Origin: Lingula anatina | Taxonomy: Eukaryota > Animalia > Brachiopoda | Length of the DNA: 64,000 nt | Reading direction: 5' to 3' | Assembly (NCBI GenBank): GCA_051362555.1 | Contig: CM120641.1 | Coordinates: 11,656,001-11,720,000 of the forward strand | In this document: in pieces, positions 13,815 through 24,908 of the stretch | Layout: each line of letters opens with the position of its first letter | How positions within the stretch are numbered: position 1 is the first letter of the stretch | Position numbers and translations under genes: made by a program | Notes under the pieces: model-generated | What the model saw: the letters and a program-made list of their open reading frames with translations, nothing else | Told to the model about the DNA's origin: nothing | The model's database searches: none

Positions 13815-16800
13815 ATGGCTAACAAAGTGTTCTTTTTTGTCCCGAACATCATAGGCAAGTGATTTTCTTCTGGCAAATTGTAATTTTAAACAATGATTAT
13901 TTAAAAGATTTAAATAATGAGTGACGACCTAACATATTTACTGCGGTATTGTTTGTACATTTAAAAAGTAACTTGTAATGATGACCTAATAGCGACATTG
14001 CAGCCACGTATTTTTGAACGCCACACATATCTTTGTATACACGAGTTTCATTTTAAATATAGGATACCTCAGAATAGGTATTGCATTGGTTGCATTTTGT
14101 CTTATGCCTTCAAAGCAATACGCAGCATTCTGGCTGTATATAGTAAGCATCTCTCTGGACATGGTTGACGGACATTTTGCAAGACATCTTCAACAAGGTA
14201 AATGGTTGCACCAGTATTATTTTCATGACAGCAAGCAAAACTAACGGTTTTAGCTACATTAATGAGTAATATTTGTATTTATATTATACATTGTTTTGAT
14301 AGGCTACATGTAAGAATATTAAAAAAAATAATAATAAAATTGAAAACGTGCATAGTTTCAGTGTTTGGGTCTCTGCTGGATATGCTGATAGACAGATGTA
14401 CTTTGCTATGTATGCTGACTAGACTTGGTCTGTGTTATCCCAGTTACGCAAATGTGTTTTCTGCTCTTACGTGTTTGGACATATCCAGCCATTGGATGTA
14501 CATGTACAGGTGTGTTCTTTTTAAGTTTTATTGAAATGGATTTAAATAATTTTACCAGTAGAATAAGGTTTTAAAAAATTCCACCCATACCAAGCATGTT
14601 ATGTGTAACTGTACACAGAATTTGCTCATATCTAGCGTGCTTTTAGTATTTAATGGTATGCGCAAAATGTTCTCCTAATTCGCATCATTTTCACTTATTA
14701 TCACTTTAATGACAAACTATCAGGCGCAAACTGAGGTAGTCAGGCTATTACACTAGGTCAAATGCACATCAAGTATTAAAAACATAACATTATTTTTGGG
14801 ACGTCATGCCCAGACACCTGTTAACCACACTAATATTGCCAAAATGATGGAATATTTTGGAAATTAGAGGTATAATTATGGTTTCAAAGCTCATTGTGAT
14901 AATTGCCACAAAATCTGTTATGTATACATGAACATGTAGCTTGTTGAAGCATTGACTAATAAACAATTTTCAAGTTACGAAAGTTACAAGTTACAAAATT
15001 CCTTGAGTAATTCAAAATAAACGTTATAGGTTAGAGTTGTGTGCCCTGTATAACATATCTGGGCAGAATGGCAAGCCAATTGTACACTTATGGCGCAGTA
15101 TCTGGTATTTGCTGTTGTAAGTCAATTATGTTCAGCACATTTAAAAGGTGTCAATGTCTTGTCTTAAAGCCAAAGAGAGAGCGCTTGGTATAATTTTTGT
15201 GGATGTGGTGCTTTGCGCCCACGCAAACAAAAGAACATTGCTGTTCTTCAAGGAACTGTTGGTAAGATCGTTTAGCGGCAGCGAACAAAGCAAAGTACAC
15301 AACCCGTAAAACTAAAACTTGGAAGAATCGTATACTCTACCAGATATGTCGCCAAAAGAGAAAATTGTCAGCATCTACTCAGAGGGACAATGGCACAACC
15401 ACAGCAAAACCCTGGCTGCCAAAGGATCAGACAACAGCAGACTTCTTATTCTTGGCCTGGACCAAGGTGTACTCATAAGGAAACTTTTTGGACCATCAGT
15501 AGAAAAACCGCCGCTAGGAATGGACCCGACAACCTCATTGCCGTTAAACGCGTCATTTGCAGGCATGTCGTTTTCTGATGAAGCGAGATTTCTTGGTGTA
15601 GTTAGCAAATATACTGTACTTTGAACATAGAACATGAAATACTGATAAAAAAAATAATATGCTGGTTGAATAATAATAATACTGCACAGTTTGTTAGTTT
15701 TAGCTTATTGTAATCGCAAATGTAATATTTTATTGCAATATTCTATCATTTTTAACAAGACTGCAAGAATGCAAGAGTGCCGGAATGTCAATGTAGGCTA
15801 CAAACAATAATTTGCTTCAGATTAAGAAAACATCAGACAATTTCTACAGTGGACCTTTAAAATAAACAGTGGATTTTTCTTTTCGCCGTGTATTTGAAAT
15901 ATTGAGTGGGTTTATAAATGACACATTGAGGAAAAGGTGATATGTTCGCATTTTCATTTCTATACTGTGCGATGTTCAAGTGATTTTATATGATATTCAT
16001 AGCATGAAACTTGAAACTAAATTTATGAATGTTTCCCCTCTAAATAATGATGTACTAGTAGTTGGATCTGTTTGAAAGCGAGAAGAGAAAGCGTGTCCAC
16101 TGTACTGTATGACGCAGTCCAAATCATTTTTGATGATTTTTGATTGATGTAATTTCAGTTCAGTTTTGCTTGGTTACAAAAGTCATAAAATCGTCGATCC
16201 TGAGATCGGTCCCCTTCTGATGCTTTACTACGGCAATCCGGTAAGACTTTCGACCTTCCGAAGTAAATGTTTTGTTTTCGCTGGAGTTTGTTTTTCGGCA
16301 TATGAGTGTGTCTGTTTCGTTAGGCATATGAATTAGATTGTAAAATTCTTATGGTTTTTTGTATATTTCCAGCAGAAATACATGTATTTCAGAAAAACTA
16401 TAACTGCAGAATCTAAATATTTGTACTATACATGTTGATATTCATCCTTACAGAATCCATGGTGGAAATTCCTTAATTATGTTTTCGATTAAAGTCAATG
16501 ATTTTATTTCTTACATTATCATATGTTATATATTCTTCATTAGCTTTTTCTAGATGTAGTATTCTACGGCAGCATGACTTTTTTCGGCTTGCTTTACCTT
16601 GTAACCATCACCCCAGGACCAAGAGGTGAGTACTGCCAAAAGATAAGATGCATATATTTTATGTAATATAATTAGTGTGGTCTTCTGTGGGTCCCAGCAT
16701 AGATTTTCCTTTCATTTTTTCCTTGTAAGATCGGCCAGCAAAATTAATTTAGGTGACCAGAAACGACATGATAGGATAATCTATAATTCGTTATGAGTAG

Positions 16801-18934
16801 TAAATGAAAGACGGTTGGTTGGATAGAGTCCGTCTTTCTTTTTATGTACAGACACAGATGTGTCTGTACATATAGCCATCATCTGCGTCTGTCGTCGTCG
16901 CCGTGCACTTTCACCGATAACACGATAAGTGAAGAACCGTTTTATCTTTTGGCTTGAAACCTGCAGAACTGATGAATATTCATAATACGCAGGTCGAGTT
17001 CGAAAATCAGCATGATTGGGTCATTTTTAGGGAAGTTATGCTGTTTTTTCACTTTTTTCAGCATATATGCAGCACCGATAACACAATAAGTGGAAAATCA
17101 TTTTACTTTTTGGCTTGAAACTTACAAAACTGATGAATATTCATAATTAGCAGGTCAAGTTTGAAAATCAGCATGATTGGGCCATTTTTAGGGGAGTTAC
17201 GCAGTTTTTTCACTTTTTTCAGCATATATGCAGCACCGATAACATGATAAGTGGAAAACCATTTTACCTTTTGGCTTGAAACTTGCAGAACTGATGAATA
17301 TTCATATTACGCAGGTTAAGTTTGAAAATCAGCATGATCAGGTCATTTTTAGAGAAGTAATGCTGTTTTTTCACTTTTTTCAGCATGTATGCAACACCTT
17401 GTGCTATATGATGGTACTGTATGGATGTCAGTCTATAAAATTGTCCCTTGGGTGATCACTAATTAAATTAAGGTCTATAAAGTCACTTGCCTACTCATTA
17501 ATTTTCAATTGGCCATTAAATGAGATTACATAAAACACTCGTTGAGATTTCCCTGTAAAGTCCCGTAGGTTTAGCTCTCTTAACTGTGTCACATTTAATT
17601 AGGATATGGTGATAATTATGCAGATAAATGGTGTTTAATATTGCAAATAAATTTACAACAAAAAATGTGTTATGCCAACATGCTATAGATGAATAACAGT
17701 GCCTTATTTTTCTCAAACTTGGTGGGGTTATTCATATCAAGTTAATACAGCTAGATTAAAAGTTTGAATAGCAGCTTTATTGGAATTTTTTACATGTTAT
17801 TTAAAAAAAAAATTTAAATTATTTTTCAAACACCAGCATCTTCAAAATGTGATTTTTAACTCCCATCCACCAGAAGTGCTGTGCATTTTCTTTGTTTCCA
17901 CATGAGCAATTGTATTGGTTTTTTTATGTCTTTAAACATTATGTAATATTATTTTATACACTGTTATCATTGTTCACATATTGTGATTTCCATTATGTGA
18001 ATTTGAACTCTTGTGGTCTTGAAACTGTAATCTTATTGCAGGGGCTGAATGAGACTGTCTTCTGGGCCTTCTGGGAGATAGTCAGATTTTAATGTTTACA
18101 TTGACGGGTATCTATTTTTTCTGTTGGAATACCATCAAAAATGGAGGATGGATCAACAAAGATAATTTGGAATACTGTCAGAAAATATCTCTCCTGTTCA
18201 CTCCTGTTATTGACCATGTTATCTGTTGTTCATGATTAAAATTCAGTGTTGATTGACAGTATTATTTATTATTGCATCAAAATTGACAAAATGACCTATT
18301 TTTTACATATTTATTCAAATATTGAGACTTTCATCATGTGAATTTGAAGTTTCATGGTCCTGAAACTGTAATCTTATTGAAGGGGTGGATTGAGACCATC
18401 TTCTGGGTCTTCCGGAAGTCAGTCAGGTTATTAAGTTTAAATTGACTGGTATCTATTTTTTTTCTGTTGGAAGACCATCAAAATGGAGGATTGATCAAAA
18501 AAGATACTTTCGAATACTGTCAGAAAATATCTCTGGGTCCGCTCCTGTTATTGACATGTTACCTGTTGTGCATGATTAAAATTCAGTGTTGACTGACAGT
18601 GCTATTATAAGCATTATTTGTCATTGCATCAAAATTGAGAAAATTACTTTTTTTGCATCTTTATTTTCTGTTTTTTGTCTGTACATTTGACAGCTTTGCT
18701 GCCTTGTTTCAATAAATATGTGTATTTAGAACTTTATACCCTATATTGTGCCAACCGTAAAAATAACAATTGTATCGTAATTGCTTTTATTGTTGTAATG
18801 TAGTTCCAGGCAGTGCATGGGGAGTTTGGCAGCTGATCTGCGTTGCATGCGCCCCAGTGGAAATTGTACAAATCGTAATAAATCTGAGCATGCTTCACAC
18901 TGCAAGTTTCCGTATGGCTGCCATTGACACATAG
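13815..18934 (+). CDS. CDIPT: CDP-diacylglycerol--inositol 3-phosphatidyltransferase (PI synthase)-like, divergent; exons 13815-13854, 14063-14197, 14356-14509, 16159-16240, 16544-16625, 18804-18934
   Basis: VFFFVPNIIGYLRI N-terminus, CDP-alcohol phosphotransferase motif DMVDGHFAR..FGSLLDMLIDRC, LDISSHW, SHK and MAAID C-terminus. Six exons join in frame; intron 1 uses a GC donor. Confidence 0.85.
16838..18709 (+). mobile_element. Helentron-associated non-autonomous element (HINE/DINE-like) with internal tandem repeats of about 152 bp, in CDIPT intron 5
   Basis: 5' palindrome atgtacagacacagatgtgtctgtacat, (GTC)n tract, tandem core repeats at about 16910-17400, 3' subterminal tgtctgtacat plus hairpin cagctttgctg. 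Same family recurs at 57-62 kb. Confidence 0.75.
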
Positions 18935-19510
18935 ACATAAGCTGACGCGTGTGAGACGTCGTCCAAGCAGCTTTAACCCATGCTAAAGAAAATGCAAGAA
19001 TGGCCAATCAGAGATCCAACACTTCAACCTTGTTTGTGTTCAGTACCAGAACCATTGCAACATCAATGTACCACCTGTTTCGAGAACTATGGACTCAAAG
19101 CGTTCATGTACCAGATTTAATACCTTGAAGTGGTATTACACGAAATTCCAGTGCGGTAGGAAGGATTAACTCAGTTTATTGAAATCTTTATGTTGGAACG
19201 TTCTTTACCAAGTTTATATTGGTGTAAAGAGTAATAATAGGTATTCATAAAACTAATTAGACAACACTCTATTTGTTGTGCACGTTGGTGAAAAATGATT
19301 GGTGAATTCCAAGGAAATAAACGTGTTCTTTCTTTTCCATTGATGGTCGTTCTTCAGCGTATATTTGTGCATGTATTCAATCAAAGTGTATCAGAGCCAG
19401 AAAAATGACTTAAATATCGGAATGCCCGCTGTCAGTAATTGTCCCCAGACATAGTCAGATATCTTCAGATAATAATTTGGAACCACCTCATAACCGCAAC
19501 TCCCAAGCGG

Positions 19511-20718
19511 TTATTTCCCTACAATGGCAGGCTGTCGACAGTCACCTTAAAAGAATAAAGAGCATAACAGTGTATTTTGAAAAAGTCAAACCATCACAGG
19601 CTTTAGCGCAAATCCTGACGCATGTCAAAATAATAATACATTGAAACTTATCAATGGTGTTTTGGAAATTTTCCATCACTTGAGAATGACATTACTTTGA
19701 GAAACCAAAACAGAATATTTAAACTTCAATATTGCTTACTTCCAACATTCAGTACGAAACTGGAATCTTTCTTAAACAGATCAGAACCGTCCAACTTATT
19801 GATTTGCAAACGGTATCCTCTATGGCGTATAAAGTACCCAGGAAAATTGACAGACTCGTATGCAGTGTACTCAGGAAACCATTTATTTTCTCGTACGAAA
19901 AATGTTGAGTCCTGAGCAAAGATGTGCGAATTTCTCGGTCGGCTTGAGTGCTCCAGGTGTAATTTATATCCGTAGTGACGTAAAAAGTATCCCGGATGGT
20001 CGTAGGATTCAAAGGAAATGGTGTTTGGTTGCTCTGTGAGACCCGGGGTGATGATGCGGAAAAGTCGCTGGCCGAGCTCCGTCATGATGTAGGCCTCGCC
20101 TTTGACATCATAGCCCCACGTGTACGCTGGGTAGTTTTGTGATCTGATGTAGTATACTGAGAGAGTATATGAATAATAGAGAATTAATATCATGTATTAA
20201 ATATATAGAATTAGCTACATACTGCACAATGAGCGCCTAACCATACAGACAACGTTTTTTAATACAGACCAAGTATTTAGAGTGCATTTTTCATTTGAAG
20301 AACATTTGGAGGGGACATTCCTTGAAAAGGCGTTTGATCAATAGCCTACTTTCCTCTAAAAGGCCCATTATCTCAAAACACTGTATGCATATATGCTTTT
20401 TTAAGGTTTGTTTTGGAGTTCGACCATATTTCTTATTAAGCCGTTATTACCATAGACAGCGGTCTTGCATTTCGGGGTTTTAATTACAACTAATCCTATT
20501 AAAATGTTATAAACACACGATATGCGTTTCTATTAAATAATTAAATAAATAAATAAATAAATAAATTAGTTAGCTTGCCTTGAGTTTTCGGTCAGTCCAC
20601 TGACTACCCCTGGCTATGCCAGAGTGAGTGGAATTCACGATGAACAGCTTAACTTACCTTGTCCATGTGCCATGGAGACACACAAGAGCAAAGCAAAGTA
20701 CCACGGCACTTGCGGCAT
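19511..20718 (-). CDS. Secreted stand-alone AbfB/CBM42 (arabinofuranosidase-B carbohydrate-binding) domain protein, copy 1, 170 aa; exons 20718-20658, 20156-19740, 19545-19511
   Basis: Signal peptide exon MPQVPWYFALLLCVSMAHGQ; repeated SFESYDHPGYFLRH / AYESVNFPGYFIRH and F..DSTF motifs typical of AbfB; last exon DCRQPAIVGK*. Phase-1 introns join in frame. Confidence 0.85.
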
Positions 20719-21593
20719 GTCTGAACCCTGGAACCAGCAGGGAATGAATGGAAAAGGGACAAGTTCAAGTCTAAATATGAACGAACCATCCTTCAGTTCA
20801 TAGTTAAATAGACAGGATTAGTAATCCAGGGTAATCAAACCAAATGCATGTCTGCAGAAGGTCGTTGCCAAGGCGTAATTTTGGTGTTATCTCCGTGAGA
20901 TCCTTCACATATTTGACACCACAGACGCTGATTCTCACCGCCCAGTCGTGACACCCTTTCGATTTTTGTTTGTGGTGTTTTAGAAAGACGTTTCACTAAT
21001 TAAACTGCTAAAATTGTATGTCTTTACAGTTATATATCACTCACTCAAGCATTTCCTTAAAAAACGCACTGACTGGGTTATAAACAGATGTACCTAAGGC
21101 TGTTCCTGCCTGTAGCCTGTAGCCCGTGTATGGAGAATAAAGATGTAAGGAAACTACAACGCTGGCTACTGTGTTCATTTTATTCATCGTTCACCTACAA
21201 AATCAGCAACCAACCTGGGTTACACAACATTTATCTCCTAGGAAGAAACATATTGTCTCAGACCAGGGAGGTCTGAGGCTGGGGCAATTACATCAAGTTT
21301 AACTGAGTGAAGAAGGTGGTATCTGAAACTAACAGGAAAACACTCTTATGTTTGTACACGTTACTGGGAGATTGTTGGTGAATTCCAGTGAAATAACGTG
21401 TTCTTTCTTTTTAAGTGATGGTTTGTTTTTGAGTGATGTTTGGATGTGTATGCATTAATGTTATTAATCAAAGTGTATCAGAACCCGAAAGATGACTTAA
21501 AATTGAGAATATCCACTGTCAGTTGTCAGATGCCATACTCAGAAATCTTCAGATTATTTTTGGATCCCCACCATAATGACAACTCCCAGGTGG

Positions 21594-22829
21594 TTATTTT
21601 CCAACAATGCCAGGCTGTGGCAGGTCGCCTTAAAAGAAAAAAGATAAAAAGTGTATTTTGAAAAAAAAAGGAACTACCAAAGATTTTAGCGCAAACCTTG
21701 ACGTATGTCAAGTGAATAGTTTTTTTAAAATGTACACCCCATTATCACCATTAAACGTTGCTTTTGGCAATTTTTCATCACCCGAGAAAGGTACATGTAT
21801 GCCATGTCTTGAGAAATCAATATTGCTTATTTAGGAAGATACTACAGGTTTAAGAAACTTCACTATAACTTACTCCCAGTAGTCAGTATGAAGCTGGAAT
21901 CCTTCTTAAACAGATCAGAACCGTCCGACTTATCGATTCGCAGACGGGACGAACTGTGGCGGATAAAGGACCCAGGATAATTGACAGATTCGTATGCAGC
22001 GTACTCTGGAAACCATTTATTTTCCCGTACGAAAAATGTCGCGTCTTGAGCAAAGATGTGCGAATTTCTCGGTTGGCTAGAATGCTCTAGGTGTAATTCA
22101 CCCCCATAGTGACGTAAAAAATAGCCCGGTTTGTCGTAGGATTCGAAGGAAATGGTGCCCGGTTGTTCTGTGAGACCCGGGGTGATGATACGAAAAAGAC
22201 GCTGGTCGAGCCCCGTCATGATGTAAGCCTCGCCTTTGACATCATAGCCCCAAGAAGAGGCTGGGTAGTTTTGTGATCTGATATAGTATACTGAGAAAGA
22301 ACGTGAAAAATACAGAATTAATATCATTATCAAAGATATGGATCGAATTCGTTTCATAATGCACAATTTACAAAGTGTACCCAATCATACAGACCTAGTT
22401 TTTACAGTGTACATGTATATTTTTACTGAAGAACATTTAGAGCGGCGTTTCAATGCCAACTATTGCTATTACAGGGCCGTAGCCTCCGGGGGGGCAGGGG
22501 GGGCAGCTGCCGCCCCTGGAATTTGGAATTTTACACACCACACCCTCCCCCCTCGGTAGCTTCGCCCCCTCGTGTCCGCTTACTGCCCCCCCTGGCATTT
22601 TGCTCAGGCTACGGCCCTGTATTAAATGTTTTAAACATAGGATATGCATTTTAATTAAATGAAAACATTCTAGTCTGTCCTTTGTGGTTTCAGCTAGACC
22701 ACTGACTACCTCTCAGCGATGCAAGAGAGAGTGCATACACGATGAATAGCTTTACTTACCTTTATCCGCTTGTCCGAGCGTCATGGAAACGCACATGAAC
22801 AAAACAAAGTACCACGGTGTTTGGAACAT
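21594..22829 (-). CDS. Secreted stand-alone AbfB/CBM42 domain protein, copy 2, 173 aa; exons 22829-22760, 22290-21874, 21628-21594
   Basis: Tandem paralog with the same exon structure: MFQTPWYFVLFMCVSMTLGQADK signal exon, 417-nt domain exon, DLPQPGIVGK* last exon. Confidence 0.85.
22472..22619. mobile_element. MITE in intron 1 of AbfB copy 2, 5-bp TSD TATTA
   Basis: TIR cagggccgtagcc / ggctacggccctg; not seen in the copy 1 intron. Confidence 0.75.
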
Positions 22830-23300
22830 GTCTGCACCCTGGAATCAGTTAGGAATGAATATAAAAGGGACAAGTTTAAACCTAAATATGAACCATACAA
22901 TCTTCAGTTCAGGATTATTAAATTAGGCTTACCAAACCAAAGGCATATCTACAGAAGGCTACTGCCAAGACGTAATATCCGTGAGAACCAGCGCGTATTT
23001 GACATCCCAGACGCTGGTTCTCACCGCTCAATCGTGACACTTTTTCAGTTTGTTCGACTAAAATAACCAATGAAATTGCATAAGGCTTTTCAGTTAAATG
23101 TCACTCATACAATTATTTCCTTTGTCGTCATACTGCTTGGGTTACAATGTATATATACCTTAAGCAGACTTCGCTATTGGACTACACCTTATATTTCTAC
23201 CTTTGCATCACAATTATTTGAAACCTATGCAAAAACAACAAGCTAGAGAAACCCTAGTGTTTTACTATACACATGCTTATTACTGCACCACCTGACAAGC

Positions 23301-24168
23301 GGTATCAGGACAATTCCCCCCGGACGATTCCCCCCCGAATAATATATATTTATATAATTATAAATAAATTAAATAAAATATAAATAAATAAATTAAATAT
23401 AAAGTAAAGAGTACAAAGTTCAAATCTTTTCATCCATTTTCTGAATATTTCTTAGTGTGATGATGCAACTGGAGGATAAATAATATTAATTTCATTAAAC
23501 AAATTACTTTCATGGAGTACAAGTACATAAAATTTTCAAGATAGGAGTACGGAACATTTTATTAATAATCTGATCAAAGTATATCTCCAGGAAAAGGAGG
23601 GTAAACAGACGTTCTCATTCATCCAGGTAACCCTTTGATGAATTAACTGTTACTTTTAATTGCTTTATTACCCCACCCCCCCTTGATTGAGTAAGTCTTG
23701 AATCAAGGTGCACCTCTAGATAGAGGTGTGGTAAACAGATTGTCTCGTTTATCCAGGTATCCCTTTGACTATTTGTCACTTTTAGTTGCTTGACCACTAC
23801 CCACCACCCACCACACTAAAAATATTAATAAAATATCTGTTTACCCGTTCATCTGTTTACCCCACCTTTACCTGAAGGATAAGTGGTTATACTTTGATTA
23901 GATATTAAATAAATCTTTCTGTACTTGTAGGCTACTCAATGAAAAAGGAATTTGTTATAAAAGAATTTGTTTCATGATGAAGTTGTATTTTCACACTAAA
24001 AATATCAATAAAAAGTAAGAAATGTTTTAAACTTTTCACTTTCTACTTTATATTTGTATATAAATATCTATTTCTTGGGGGGGGGGGGGGATCGTCCGGA
24101 GGGGGGGGGGGGGGTTGTCCTGGGAGGGGAATTGTCCGGGGGGGGGGGGGGGGAATTGTCCTAGAATC
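23301..24168. mobile_element. Mutator-like non-autonomous element with 8-9 bp TSD (c)tgacaagc
   Basis: Long imperfect TIRs (aggacaattcccccc.. / ..ggggaattgtcctag) and duplicated ctgacaagc at both flanks. Confidence 0.75.
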
Positions 24169-24908
24169 CTGACAAGCCTTTCAAATTATTTTTCTTTTGA
24201 ACTTTTTTGGATTACGAGCAAATGAAGTCAATTTGTGACCCTACTGTCTTGACATAAACCATCACTGATAAGCGAATACTTACCAAAGCCTTGGTTATCA
24301 ATTATCTGCATTTCTAGAGATAAAACCCAATGAAGAAGTTATATGTTTAGACTACTACACGTAATATCTGGTCTTATGTACAGATAGTACTTCGTCTTCG
24401 ATAGCTACAGAGTAAGACCAGGTCAAGTTGTTTGATAACTTACTTATGATGAACTTGCTCACATTCAAGGGGAAGGGTGTTATGTGATTGAATATTACAT
24501 TTAAGTGATGTTTTTTTATGGATCCAAATTGTCGATGATGAAAAAAATGTTCATATGTCTTCGCATCGACAAATTGCAGGCATTTACACCGTCGGGAATA
24601 AGAATTTCAGAATTTTATTTTTTATTTGCATAATGACGGTTACATTCTCCAGAAGTATGCTTTAGATATAAGATGCTGTCCCATATATCTTTACTGATTA
24701 AAGACCATTAATTATTTGCTTAGTACAGACAACATCATTTGTCTATCAAGAAATGGAGACAGTCGACGCACTTGATCATAGGCTTGGGCCTGATCGCATG
24801 ACACACAAGGATTGTAACCTCAACGAGACGGACGAACTTTGATGTGATATCTTTTGACAAACTAAGGATTCATCCATCTCGAGGAGGGCGACCGTCTGTC
24901 TGGTAGAA

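Noticed and set aside
16910-17400. Regularly spaced repeats resembling a CRISPR array
   Set aside because: Whole ~152-bp units repeat with no unique spacers, there are no cas genes, and the context is a eukaryotic intron.
19726-22384. AbfB ORFs as bacterial or fungal contamination
   Set aside because: They have spliceosomal introns, signal-peptide exons and a host MITE in one intron, and lie among animal genes.
24753-24842. Upstream in-frame ATG as an N-terminal extension of SLC46
   Set aside because: Two in-frame TGA stops separate it from 24909; at most a uORF.
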